Origin: a phage
Length of the DNA stretch: 64,000 nucleotides
Sequence record: PQ400055.1
Direction: 5' to 3' (one strand)
Shown: positions 1 through 8,189 of the stretch, one piece after another
Layout of the letters: each line of letters opens with the position of its first letter
Position numbering within the stretch: position 1 is the first letter of the stretch
Notes under the pieces: generated by a model
What the model was told of the DNA's origin: nothing
Seen by the model: the letters and a program-made list of their open reading frames with translations, nothing else
The model's database searches: none
Translations under genes and position numbers: made by a program

Positions 1-717
1 CGCAGCACCACCCGAGTGAACAGTTACACCAGTACCACCTTTAATATATGAAGATTTGCCAGCAGCTCCCAAATCTCCACCATCTCCTCCATAATGAACC
101 CCAGAAACAGTGCCTTTACCTGGGGCAGAAATTGTACCAGCAGATGCTGCCGCTGCGCCGCCTCCTGCCGCACCCGCAGCACCAAATGGACGGCCTCCAC
201 CGCCGCCAAATTTCATATCCATTTGAGGGAAAGGATTGTATCTAGCACCAGCACCGCCACCACCGCCACCACCAATAATACCATTATTGTTTATTCTTAA
301 ACGAGTTCCAATTCCGTTATTTATTGCATTTCCTCCTGCTCCACCAGCAGAGTTACTTCCGCCATTTCCTCCACGACCTAATACATGAACACCAGAGTTA
401 ATAATGAGTGTTACATATTCGTTTGTCAGTGAGCTAGGGAAATCAAGACAAGGAACGCCAGTAGATTGGGAAACAATATTACCCGTGATAGTAATTACTA
501 CCGGAGTAGATCCTTGTGCTTTCATCCAGTTAATAAGAGTGTCTTTATTGTAAGAGTTACTAGCACCAATGCTATAATGAATCTCTTTAGAGCGTCCGAC
601 CATTGCCGACATATACGCCGGACGACCTAAGCGAACAGCTTGCATTGCGGCGCTCATCCACCGTTGACCAGTCTCGGACACAGCAGATGATCCTACCCAT
701 CCAGAAGATATTGCCAT
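1..717 (-). CDS. 38: gp38-like tail-fibre adhesin, N-terminal part (ORF runs off the window start)
   Basis: Hand translation of the reverse strand from ATG at 715-717: MAISSGWVGSSAVSETGQRWMS...GRGGNGGSNSAGGAGG...GGGGGGGAGA...GGGGRPFGAAG; matches N-terminus and glycine-rich motifs of T2-type gp38 as recalled; SD GAGGAA upstream. Confidence 0.7.
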   Translation of the reverse strand, partial: MAISSGWVGSSAVSETGQRWMSAAMQAVRLGRPAYMSAMVGRSKEIHYSIGASNSYNKDTLINWMKAQGSTPVVITITGNIVSQSTGVPCLDFPSSLTNEYVTLIINSGVHVLGRGGNGGSNSAGGAGGNAINNGIGTRLRINNNGIIGGGGGGGAGARYNPFPQMDMKFGGGGGRPFGAAGAAGGGAAAASAGTISAPGKGTVSGVHYGGDGGDLGAAGKSSYIKGGTGVTVHSGGAA

Positions 718-730
718 AAAATTTCCTCAC

Positions 731-753
731 AAGAAAAGCCCCAATTAAGGGGC
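731..753 (-). terminator. putative intrinsic terminator (GCCCC-loop-GGGGC then U-run on minus strand)
   Basis: Inverted repeat gcccc/ggggc at 738-753 followed on minus strand by T-rich run; short stem, weak. Confidence 0.35.
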
Positions 754-771
754 ATTGATTGATAATATTAC

Positions 772-993
772 TTAGATGACCTCTGCTTCACCATTCAGGA
801 AGAAAGACCATGTTTTGTTAGGATAGCGAAGCGCCCATGATTCAGCGGTTTTAACACCAGCTTCGAACAATTGACGGCTGGTTACTTTAGCCATACCATC
901 TTCGATGGCAACGTTTTCAATAATCATCGGGTACTTAGCGCCACGCATGAAACCGAAGCCAGCGGAAGATTTGATAATTTTAACCGTTGCCAT
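772..993 (-). CDS. hypothetical protein (73 aa)
   Basis: ORF with AGGAGA SD, downstream of early promoter copy. Confidence 0.5.
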   Translation of the reverse strand: MATVKIIKSSAGFGFMRGAKYPMIIENVAIEDGMAKVTSRQLFEAGVKTAESWALRYPNKTWSFFLNGEAEVI

Positions 994-1034
994 TTTTGAT
1001 TCTCCTAGAAAGTGTATCTCGTTTCGATGTGTGT

Positions 1035-1063
1035 ATTATGCAATAACACCGGATCGCTGTCAA
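1035..1063 (-). promoter_or_regulatory. sigma70-type early promoter (TTGACA-N17-CATAAT) with conserved leader
   Basis: Reverse strand reads TTGACA, 17-nt spacer, CATAAT, then conserved leader ...cacatcgaaac... and SD; member of a repeated promoter family. Confidence 0.6.
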
Positions 1064-1081
1064 CACTTTCTAAGAAAAATT

Positions 1082-1366
1082 TTAAATTAATCTAATATAG
1101 CCCAGAATTTCAGCACTTTTAGCCAGTCCTAAAACTTCCCATTCAAGGTCGCCGTAGTCATAATTTGCAACCATCAACTGACCATTTTTCATGCAGCATT
1201 CATGAGAGAAAATTTGCCCCGCATAAACTACGATAGTAATAAACTTTCCTGATTCTGGCGGTGTGGAAGACAAAGCGACCATATGACCATTCAGCTTAGT
1301 CACCAGTGATGGAACAATAAAATTCGGGCTTACCTGAATACCGTTAAATTCGTTTGTGTCTTTCAT
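1082..1366 (-). CDS. hypothetical protein (94 aa)
   Basis: ORF in overlapping-stop/start operon of four small genes. Confidence 0.5.
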   Translation of the reverse strand: MKDTNEFNGIQVSPNFIVPSLVTKLNGHMVALSSTPPESGKFITIVVYAGQIFSHECCMKNGQLMVANYDYGDLEWEVLGLAKSAEILGYIRLI

Positions 1367-1713
1367 GCCAGACCTCGCAAAACACTAATAGCATAATCAT
1401 GCTGGTTATTCATAATATCGATTGCATTGTGATAACGAGCTAAACCATCAAGGATAAATTCTTGTTTATCCTGTTTCAGTTTGGTATCACGCGCAGCCAT
1501 AAGAGCATCAAGAACAGGTCCAAAGTGATTATCTAATTCATCTTCGGTTGCAATGTTTCCTATTGCCTCGTCGATCCGTGATTCTAATGCTTGCTTTTCG
1601 TTGATCACTTGCTGGGTATATTCCAACACATCAAGAATATCGCGGGTAACGTCGCCATGATAAGGTATTCCCGCATGAAGATGATCAATTAGTCGTTGAA
1701 TGTCAATGTTCAT
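1363..1713 (-). CDS. hypothetical protein (116 aa)
   Basis: ORF, start overlaps upstream stop (translational coupling). Confidence 0.5.
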   Translation of the reverse strand: MNIDIQRLIDHLHAGIPYHGDVTRDILDVLEYTQQVINEKQALESRIDEAIGNIATEDELDNHFGPVLDALMAARDTKLKQDKQEFILDGLARYHNAIDIMNNQHDYAISVLRGLA

Positions 1714-2048
1714 TTGTAACCCTCCTCTGAAAGCACATCCCAGATCGTTGAGTCAAGGTGCATTAAATTCCACATAATAGAGTCATAACTACCGAAGCCA
1801 GAAGTAAAAATTACATCACACTGGCGATAGGTCTTATGAAAATCGGTGGCTGTCTCTGCATCAATAGGCATATCGTCACCGGAAAGCACCAGACATTTAA
1901 GAATCATAACTCTGTTAGCCGTTGGCGCTTGCTTAGTCTTTTCAGCATATTTTTCGATGATCCGTTTTGCCTTTTCTTCTTTGATACGTCCAGACCAAAT
2001 CCGGTTTCGGTATTGATTCATAATAATTTCAATCACATCATTTTGCAT
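1710..2048 (-). CDS. hypothetical protein (112 aa)
   Basis: ORF in coupled operon. Confidence 0.5.
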   Translation of the reverse strand: MQNDVIEIIMNQYRNRIWSGRIKEEKAKRIIEKYAEKTKQAPTANRVMILKCLVLSGDDMPIDAETATDFHKTYRQCDVIFTSGFGSYDSIMWNLMHLDSTIWDVLSEEGYK

Positions 2049-2247
2049 TCTTCACGGTCTCCATAATTGTTTTGTAAGCCAGTTTAAGATGATCACCGAA
2101 AAACTTTGCGGTGTTACCCTTCGGATCGCGGAGCATGGTTTCTACGATCTCATCGGCAGTAACAATTTCTCCTTTCTTTGCTGCATGTTCTACCATATAC
2201 TTCAAAGTTTCTTCGGAAGCAAGTGCTGCCGCTACTGGATTAATCAT
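2038..2247 (-). CDS. hypothetical protein (69 aa)
   Basis: ORF immediately downstream of early promoter and AGGAGA SD. Confidence 0.5.
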   Translation of the reverse strand: MINPVAAALASEETLKYMVEHAAKKGEIVTADEIVETMLRDPKGNTAKFFGDHLKLAYKTIMETVKNAK

Positions 2248-2277
2248 TTTTGATTCTCCTTTGTTGTCGATGTGTGC

Positions 2278-2306
2278 ATTATGCTATACCCTATTCCGGT
2301 TGTCAA
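2278..2306 (-). promoter_or_regulatory. sigma70-type early promoter (TTGACA-N17-CATAAT)
   Basis: Same conserved promoter/leader family; reverse strand TTGACA ... CATAAT. Confidence 0.6.
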
Positions 2307-2311
2307 CACCT

Positions 2312-2341
2312 AAAAACGAAAAAGCCACCCTTTCGGATGGC
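2312..2341 (-). terminator. intrinsic terminator
   Basis: Hairpin gccaccc-tttc-ggatggc (with G.U) followed on minus strand by UUUUUCGUUUUU. Confidence 0.65.
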
Positions 2342-2575
2342 TTTTGATTATATTTTATTCACGTCCATTTGTATAGTAGTGTTTGAATCGACCTTTGCTA
2401 AACTAGTTAAACATAGTAACCAATTCACCATCCCTTTCCAATGATAACCCTTCCTCGTCTTAGACGGGTCTTCCGATTCGGCAGTAATTGAACACGCGAA
2501 AGTATGAGGAAGCCAAATAGTTGTGTTAATGCTAGTATTCTTTTACTTCTGGTATGCATCCCACGGTGACTAACA

Positions 2576-2975
2576 TTAAGACAGTCGAGTGAGTTTATAA
2601 ATTGTTTTAAAACATAGAGCTTTGATATCGTCTAAAACGCTCTGTAACGAGCTATCAACATCATTATAAATCTCACTAGCCATTTGCGTTAACTCTTGCA
2701 AATAGGCAATTTCGCTAATCTCCTTGCGGACGACCAACGTTGGCTGATAACGACCAGTGATCCCAATATTGGTTTCAGTGAAATCATCAACCAATTCTTG
2801 CATTTCAAGATAGAACTCTTCTAGAGCCTTATGTTTTGCATAAGATCCAGGACCAGTTACTCCAAAATGCGCAGAATGCATATAAGTAACACTCATCAGA
2901 CATTCACCGATAAAGCGGTCAACTTTATTAGCTTTCCCCTCTTCGGACGTCTTTCGAAAATCACTGAATTTCATG
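2576..2975 (-). CDS. hypothetical protein (rI.-1 position)
   Basis: ORF; likely start MKFSDFRK at 2973-2975 with GGAGA SD; the longer 165-aa extension in the ORF track overlaps rI. Confidence 0.5.
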
Positions 2976-3263
2976 TTCTCGATTCTCCATATTATGCAAC
3001 ATAACAAACTGTTGTGCGGCATATTCCCCCATAATAAAACACTGCTTAGAATCCATACATTTACTACGAGCATACATCTTCATAATATGGGCATGAAATT
3101 TCTGGCTGGTTTCAATGGAAGGAGATATTTTGTTTACATATACTATCATTGCACCGTCGAAATAATCAGTAAAATCACCAGTTGGATCATATTGATCAGC
3201 ACTGACACTTCCGACCGCAGTCAAGCATATTGCCGCTGTTAGAGTTTTACGAATAAATGACAT
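2961..3263 (-). CDS. rI: lysis-inhibition regulator RI-like periplasmic protein
   Basis: Signal peptide MSFIRKTLTAAICLTAVGSVSA; DP..F...Y and C....C...G....Q pattern resembles T4 RI as recalled; sits next to tk as in T4. Confidence 0.6.
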   Translation of the reverse strand: MSFIRKTLTAAICLTAVGSVSADQYDPTGDFTDYFDGAMIVYVNKISPSIETSQKFHAHIMKMYARSKCMDSKQCFIMGEYAAQQFVMLHNMENREHEIQ

Positions 3264-3331
3264 AAGTCATTCCCCCAGATTAAAAATATTCAGTTATATT
3301 TATAATCTGGGGCTTTATTTATGATTAACTC

Positions 3332-3928
3332 TTATTTGGTAGTACCGTCAATAAAATGTTTACGGCACACAGAGACATATTTATCCTCTGCACCAACTTC
3401 TATTTGAGCACCATCGCGAATAACATTACCCTCTTTATCTACACGAAGGACCATTGTTGCTTTCTTGCCACAATGACAAATACCCTTCATTTCGACCAGT
3501 TTATCAGCAAATGCCATTAATGCCGCAGATCCTTCAAATAGATTGCCCTGAAAGTCGGTGCGAAGGCCATAGCACAGTACAGGGATATTTGCATCATCGA
3601 CAAGCGCACACAAGCCTAAAACATGCTCTTTAGTCATAAATTGGGCTTCATCTACAAATACAGCATCAGGACGCCATCGATCCGGTCTACGCTTACCTAA
3701 CGATTCACGATAAACCAAATCGAAAAGATCATCCGATTTAGTGAAGGTGATCGCTGGAGCACTTAGACCAATTCGGGAAACAACTTCACTTTCTGAATCT
3801 CGATTATCAATCGCTGGCTTAAGAATTAATACTCGCATATCACGTTCGGTATAGTTATAAGCACTTTGTAACAGAGAAGTTGATTTGCCAGCGTTCATAG
3901 ATGCATAGTAGAAATATAGTTGCGCCAT
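3332..3928 (-). CDS. tk: thymidine kinase
   Basis: P-loop MNAGKST, DEAQF, C-terminal Zn motif CHCGKKA...CRKH; typical TK1-family architecture. Confidence 0.95.
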   Translation of the reverse strand: MAQLYFYYASMNAGKSTSLLQSAYNYTERDMRVLILKPAIDNRDSESEVVSRIGLSAPAITFTKSDDLFDLVYRESLGKRRPDRWRPDAVFVDEAQFMTKEHVLGLCALVDDANIPVLCYGLRTDFQGNLFEGSAALMAFADKLVEMKGICHCGKKATMVLRVDKEGNVIRDGAQIEVGAEDKYVSVCRKHFIDGTTK

Positions 3929-4221
3929 TAATTAATCTCCAAAAATCCAGCAAGACCTAAACCGATATAAGTCCAGATACAAAGGAAAAAGAAGCAAACA
4001 CCCATAGCAAAGATAAATCCTCGTAGTGTCTTTGGATAACCTACCCAATATTCCCGACCATCTTCTAACCGGATCAGCTTATTTCCTTGAGAGTCCATAT
4101 CAATTACAACATGTTTATTTCTGGATTGTAACAGATATTGCTTGACAATCTCAATACCCGCCATAATAACAATAACGAAATTGAAAGTCCACATAACAAG
4201 GTTAATGGTAGTCTCAAGCAT
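3928..4221 (-). CDS. small membrane protein
   Basis: Two hydrophobic segments; start overlaps tk stop. Confidence 0.5.
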   Translation of the reverse strand: MLETTINLVMWTFNFVIVIMAGIEIVKQYLLQSRNKHVVIDMDSQGNKLIRLEDGREYWVGYPKTLRGFIFAMGVCFFFLCIWTYIGLGLAGFLEIN

Positions 4222-4456
4222 TTTCTATCACCTCCACCCAATCAGGCGTTTCCTGAAATACTCCTTCGCCTTCGTGGTGGATGCATCCTTTATTGCTACA
4301 ATACATCCACCAATCCCACATTCCCCACGGTAAACGCTGCATATCGTCGTTACAGCAAGTGAAGACAATAGGCAAACCACATCTAACACATCGGCAGTTT
4401 TCCTTCATGTGAGCGGTATTAGGCTTCTTCATAGATGACTCCAATATAATCGACAT
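4214..4456 (-). CDS. Cys-rich zinc-ribbon-like small protein
   Basis: CRCVRCG...CC...C motifs. Confidence 0.45.
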   Translation of the reverse strand: MSIILESSMKKPNTAHMKENCRCVRCGLPIVFTCCNDDMQRLPWGMWDWWMYCSNKGCIHHEGEGVFQETPDWVEVIENA

Positions 4457-4659
4457 TTACATTTAGGGCAATGCGGTTCTTTAATATAATACCCGTCTGT
4501 CTTTGGAACACTAACAGGAGCGGTTTTTATATTGTATTCCGTGAAACAACGAAAACAAGTTACGTTTTCCACAGACTGACGTTTCACCCAATAACCGGAA
4601 TAGAGGTCATTTTTATTTGTCATATTCCACCACCACAATGTTAATGTCTGGAGTAGCAA
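4429..4659 (-). CDS. Cys-rich zinc-ribbon-like small protein
   Basis: CFRC...CPKCKC motifs. Confidence 0.45.
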   Translation of the reverse strand: MLLQTLTLWWWNMTNKNDLYSGYWVKRQSVENVTCFRCFTEYNIKTAPVSVPKTDGYYIKEPHCPKCKCRLYWSHL

Positions 4660-5068
4660 TATTAATGATTTCTTCTACACATTCCCACTCAAGGCCACCG
4701 ATACCGCAACCGATTTTAGGGATATAGAAAGGCTGTATAGCACCTTCAAAAACATCATTGAGAGTCTCAAATCCTTTCAGGATAGCACCATATTCAGCAT
4801 TTGGACCCGGTCGGAATTGGGTATAGAGATTCACCCCGCACCAGTTATAACCATTAACTTGATGCGTCCAGACACTAAACCCACCCAACTTTTCTACCTT
4901 ACCGCGAGAAGTTTGCTTGTCAATCTCTAACGCTTGCGGGAACTCTTTCGCGATATCCGCAGCAATACCAGCGCCCATAGTATGAAAACAATTACAACCA
5001 TGAATTAAATGACCGTTTCCTTGTTTAAACAGGGCGATGAGATCGCCCTTTACAGTATCAATAATCAT
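4613..5068 (-). CDS. macro-domain (ADP-ribose binding/processing) protein
   Basis: N-terminal GDL...HGCNCFHTMGAGIAADIA and C-terminal IPKIGCGIGGL match the macro-domain signature segments (NAAN..GGGV.GAI and FP.ISTG.YG). Confidence 0.7.
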   Translation of the reverse strand: MIIDTVKGDLIALFKQGNGHLIHGCNCFHTMGAGIAADIAKEFPQALEIDKQTSRGKVEKLGGFSVWTHQVNGYNWCGVNLYTQFRPGPNAEYGAILKGFETLNDVFEGAIQPFYIPKIGCGIGGLEWECVEEIINIATPDINIVVVEYDK

Positions 5069-5083
5069 AATATAAACCTCTCA

Positions 5084-5443
5084 TTAGTCACGGGAAGACA
5101 ACCCAGCCATAAAACGGCTTAACAGTGTGTCGCGATAAGCAAAGCATAATTGCTTATCAGGGGCAGTATCACACAGGTTACGTTTTGTTTTAGCAAAGCT
5201 GGCAATACTCAGATCCCACGCTCGATTTTTTCGTTTTTCGTCTCGACCTTGTTTGTATGCCTCGTCAAGTTCAAGCGCGATAAAATCGCTACACATGTTA
5301 TCATCATCACAGAAGGTTTTAATGATCTTTTTGTTGATCTCAAATCCTTTGTATTCGAACTTTGGATAAGGGCGCTCATTACTAGCAAGCGCACCAGCCG
5401 AGAACATCATAGCAATCATAGCAACTATTGTCAACTTTTTCAT
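5084..5443 (-). CDS. secreted/periplasmic Cys-containing protein
   Basis: Signal peptide MKKLTIVAMIAMMFSAGALA; several Cys. Confidence 0.5.
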   Translation of the reverse strand: MKKLTIVAMIAMMFSAGALASNERPYPKFEYKGFEINKKIIKTFCDDDNMCSDFIALELDEAYKQGRDEKRKNRAWDLSIASFAKTKRNLCDTAPDKQLCFAYRDTLLSRFMAGLSSRD

Positions 5444-5450
5444 ATATTCC

Positions 5451-6041
5451 TCAATAGCGTTTAGTTTTAAGAATGCCTTTACTCTTTAGATGGTTAGCCT
5501 TTTTTAGTACGTCATCAGCATAGCCTAACCCAGCTTTATAGTTCCATCCAGCATTGTAAGAAGCTAGCGCGAGTCGGATATTACCGTTTCTAACATCCAG
5601 CCAGTATGCTAACTCATCCATCGCGTAGAATGCAGAAACCTCGCGATTCATGATAAAGTTGATAGTCTGGCGATCACTCATTTTAACACCGCGCTTTGCA
5701 TTTTTCGCTTTCACCGTTTTAAGGTAATTTTGAAATAATCCATAAGCATGATGATTTTTCTTTGGTGCTAAGTTTGCACCCGCGCTTGATTCTTGCCATG
5801 CGATACCCGCCAGGATGTGACCTAAACCCTTTCCGTTATAGCGAATATTCGGATGGTCCTTTTTCAACTTACCGCTTTTCTCGAATTGTTCGCCGTATTG
5901 ATAGGCGAAATGTAAATTATCTAGTTGGTGTGCTGTAAAGTTGTCTATCGGCGCTTTTTTGATCGGTGCGCTAGTCGATGCGTGTGTAGCACCAACGGCT
6001 AGTGACAGACTCAATACTATCGCTTTTAGAACTTTTAACAT
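5451..6041 (-). CDS. periplasmic lytic transglycosylase (SLT domain)
   Basis: Signal peptide; SLT motifs ES (AWQESS), GLFQ, SYNAG in canonical order. Confidence 0.7.
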   Translation of the reverse strand: MLKVLKAIVLSLSLAVGATHASTSAPIKKAPIDNFTAHQLDNLHFAYQYGEQFEKSGKLKKDHPNIRYNGKGLGHILAGIAWQESSAGANLAPKKNHHAYGLFQNYLKTVKAKNAKRGVKMSDRQTINFIMNREVSAFYAMDELAYWLDVRNGNIRLALASYNAGWNYKAGLGYADDVLKKANHLKSKGILKTKRY

Positions 6042-6126
6042 TAATTTCTCCTGTTTGGCTTAACTTTCTGATTCCATAATATAGCCATATCACCAGAAAG
6101 TCAAGCATTATTTTAACCAATCTCCA

Positions 6127-6549
6127 TTATTGGTCAACTTTCAAAACAACAGCCGACATTTTACCCGCCAGTCGTTTTGGATTCTCTATAATCATTCGGC
6201 AGCATAGACCGTGATATGGCTTACCGTCTTCAATTAGGTCTACTGTCATCCCGATCCACATGTTACCGTCAGTAATTTCTAATCGATTAGGTCGGTCTTC
6301 CATTTTCAGGAAGTCGAAGATCTCCGGCAAACGAGTTTCTACCTTATTGAATAGTTCCATTGTCTTATGTTCATCGATATGACGATCGGTTAGACGGTCG
6401 ATCATATGCGGACTAAAGCGAATGAAAATATACTCACCGTAACCATTATTCAAGCACTTTTCTTTGATTTGTGCGTTAGTCTTACGCATTTCAGTTTCGA
6501 AGAATCTGCGCAGCTTGCTACGGCGAACATGTACGTTAATTGTTTCCAT
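6127..6549 (-). CDS. regB: RegB-like sequence-specific endoribonuclease
   Basis: METINVHVRRSKLRRFFE...RLEITDGNMW...CRMIIENPKRLAGK resembles T4 RegB as recalled; start taken at internal Met 6547-6549. Confidence 0.8.
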   Translation of the reverse strand: METINVHVRRSKLRRFFETEMRKTNAQIKEKCLNNGYGEYIFIRFSPHMIDRLTDRHIDEHKTMELFNKVETRLPEIFDFLKMEDRPNRLEITDGNMWIGMTVDLIEDGKPYHGLCCRMIIENPKRLAGKMSAVVLKVDQ

Positions 6550-6553
6550 TTTA

Positions 6554-6889
6554 TTATCCTTTCTTAAACAAATTGCGAAGCCAGTATACAAACGGGATTT
6601 CTTTAAACTTGAATTTCTCTATAGTTAATTCTTTAGTAGCAAGATGAATACCATAAGCATCATGTGTCACGATATGCCATTTTCTATAGTCCAAATGTGA
6701 ACAACCGTCTGGATCTAGGTTAATAAGAGTTTCTCGCTCACTAGGATTATTTTTCCACAATTTTGTAATAGGATCGCACATAATTCGACCTAGCGTACCA
6801 TGAATAATCTCACAACGGTAAAGTTTTCCAGCAGTGAGATAGGCGCACCCGTCATAGTCGGTATAAACAAACACTTCTTTAACACTCAT
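6554..6889 (-). CDS. hypothetical protein, member of tandem paralog trio (GCSHL..W motif)
   Basis: Start MSVKEV at 6887-6889 with AAGGAG SD; ORF-track N-terminal extension overlaps promoter. Confidence 0.5.
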   Translation of the reverse strand: MSVKEVFVYTDYDGCAYLTAGKLYRCEIIHGTLGRIMCDPITKLWKNNPSERETLINLDPDGCSHLDYRKWHIVTHDAYGIHLATKELTIEKFKFKEIPFVYWLRNLFKKG

Positions 6890-6917
6890 TTTAATACTCC
6901 TTTGTTTCGATGGGGGT

Positions 6918-6946
6918 ATATTACTACCCCCGTTTTGTTGTGTCAA
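6918..6946 (-). promoter_or_regulatory. sigma70-type early promoter (TTGACA-N17-TAATAT)
   Basis: Promoter-family copy between paralog genes. Confidence 0.5.
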
Positions 6947-7207
6947 CTACTTTTTCAAGATTTTTTTAATTGCGTTCCAAAGACCTTTATTCTCAGGTTG
7001 TTTTGGTTCTTCGATTAGTGTCCATGTTCGACCGTCTAAGTGTGCACAATTTTTAAGACAAATAAAAATCTGGTGTCCCTTATCATCACGGATATAACCA
7101 CTATTCGCAAATCTTTCATGTGGTGTATATTCATACAGTGTATTTGGTGTAATATACTTGCGGTTACTATAAGGTGTCATCACATACATCATGGTACTAA
7201 CTCCCAT
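6947..7207 (-). CDS. hypothetical protein, tandem paralog (C.HLDGR.W motif)
   Basis: Shares Y.(Y/F)TP...GYI(R/K)DD.G...C.HL.G..W pattern with neighbour. Confidence 0.5.
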   Translation of the reverse strand: MGVSTMMYVMTPYSNRKYITPNTLYEYTPHERFANSGYIRDDKGHQIFICLKNCAHLDGRTWTLIEEPKQPENKGLWNAIKKILKK

Positions 7208-7383
7208 TTATCACCGCGAAGATGAGAACATCCACCATCAAGAAGTATCGTAATACGATAACCTATATCATCTTTGATGTAACCGATTGTCGGTGGATTT
7301 TCGTCGTCTCGTGTCGGGGTAAAATCATACATCTTTCCGGGCGTAATATCTTGTCCTTTATTGCTATTGGTATAAACTTTCAT
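7189..7383 (-). CDS. hypothetical protein, tandem paralog (GCSHLRGDKW motif)
   Basis: Paralog of 6947-7207. Confidence 0.5.
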   Translation of the reverse strand: MKVYTNSNKGQDITPGKMYDFTPTRDDENPPTIGYIKDDIGYRITILLDGGCSHLRGDKWELVP

Positions 7384-7404
7384 TTTCTTAATCTCCTATA
7401 TTAA

Positions 7405-8103
7405 CTAACCACGGGTATAGTGTTCCAGAACAACTGTCAGATGAATATATTCTAATAGATCTTTCCAAAAGTCAACATCTGGTTCTTCCGGCATACCGTT
7501 TTTCTTTGCCTCTTCACGCGCGAGTTTAACACGCTCGTAGAGATCTTTCAATTCTTCCCGCACATTATCAAAGGTTCTTTCTCCTAACTTACACGCTAAA
7601 ATAGAAGAACGTCGCGCGAGCGGGAATTGTAAATCACCTGTCTGATAGATTTCAAGTAGCTGATAACCAACACGCAGAGCATGAGAAAGATCTTTCCAGT
7701 TACTGAAATACTTTTCAGATTTGGCTACCTGCTTTTTGAGATAGCCAGACAAACCCCACATACCAACATGATAGAATTTATCGCGATGTGTTCGGATGTA
7801 TTCCCATTCTCTGGAGGATTCAACCAACATGTTACTAGGCGCGTGCACCATGTCAATAGCGCCGATATCGCCTTTACATGCCAGGTTGATAAACCGTTTT
7901 AGACTGAACATATTAACGTCAATATCGTCTTTGGTGTTCTTGATACCTTGACCGCTAGTGCTTTGATCATAGTGTTCTTTCATCGATCCTAAGATAATTT
8001 CTTTCGCAGTCGGAACAAAGATACCACGATAATCTTTATCGGAGTTTTCAGTATCAAGGCAGTATAAGTGAGATCCGAAAACCATTTTAACCATTGTATG
8101 CAT
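7405..8103 (-). CDS. pol-beta-superfamily nucleotidyltransferase-fold protein
   Basis: N-terminal GS-x10-DxD motif (GSHLYCLDTENSDKD) followed by helical domain. Confidence 0.55.
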   Translation of the reverse strand: MHTMVKMVFGSHLYCLDTENSDKDYRGIFVPTAKEIILGSMKEHYDQSTSGQGIKNTKDDIDVNMFSLKRFINLACKGDIGAIDMVHAPSNMLVESSREWEYIRTHRDKFYHVGMWGLSGYLKKQVAKSEKYFSNWKDLSHALRVGYQLLEIYQTGDLQFPLARRSSILACKLGERTFDNVREELKDLYERVKLAREEAKKNGMPEEPDVDFWKDLLEYIHLTVVLEHYTRG

Positions 8104-8145
8104 AATTAAACCCTCAGTTGATTAAGAGATTGCATCATATCATCA

Positions 8146-8178
8146 TAAAACGAAAAAGCCAACCCTTTTCGGATTGGC
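8146..8178 (-). terminator. intrinsic terminator
   Basis: Hairpin gccaaccc-ttttc-ggattggc followed by U-run on minus strand. Confidence 0.6.
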
Positions 8179-8189
8179 TTGATGAAAAA

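Noticed and set aside
48-300. Plus-strand ORFs 48-245 and 94-300 (Pro/Ala/Thr-rich)
   Set aside because: They are the antisense reading of the glycine-rich repeats of the minus-strand gp38-like gene; the minus-strand frame has a convincing N-terminus and SD.
2576-3073. 165-aa version of ORF 2576-3073 and a Dps/ferritin-like impression (HFGVTGPG)
   Set aside because: The N-terminal 33 codons overlap rI in another frame and lack an SD; MKFSDF with GGAGA SD is the plausible start. The ferritin resemblance rests on one short motif, so it is not called.
6890-6946. N-terminal extension of ORF 6554-6946
   Set aside because: Overlaps the promoter copy and its leader; start reassigned to 6887-6889 behind the AAGGAG SD.
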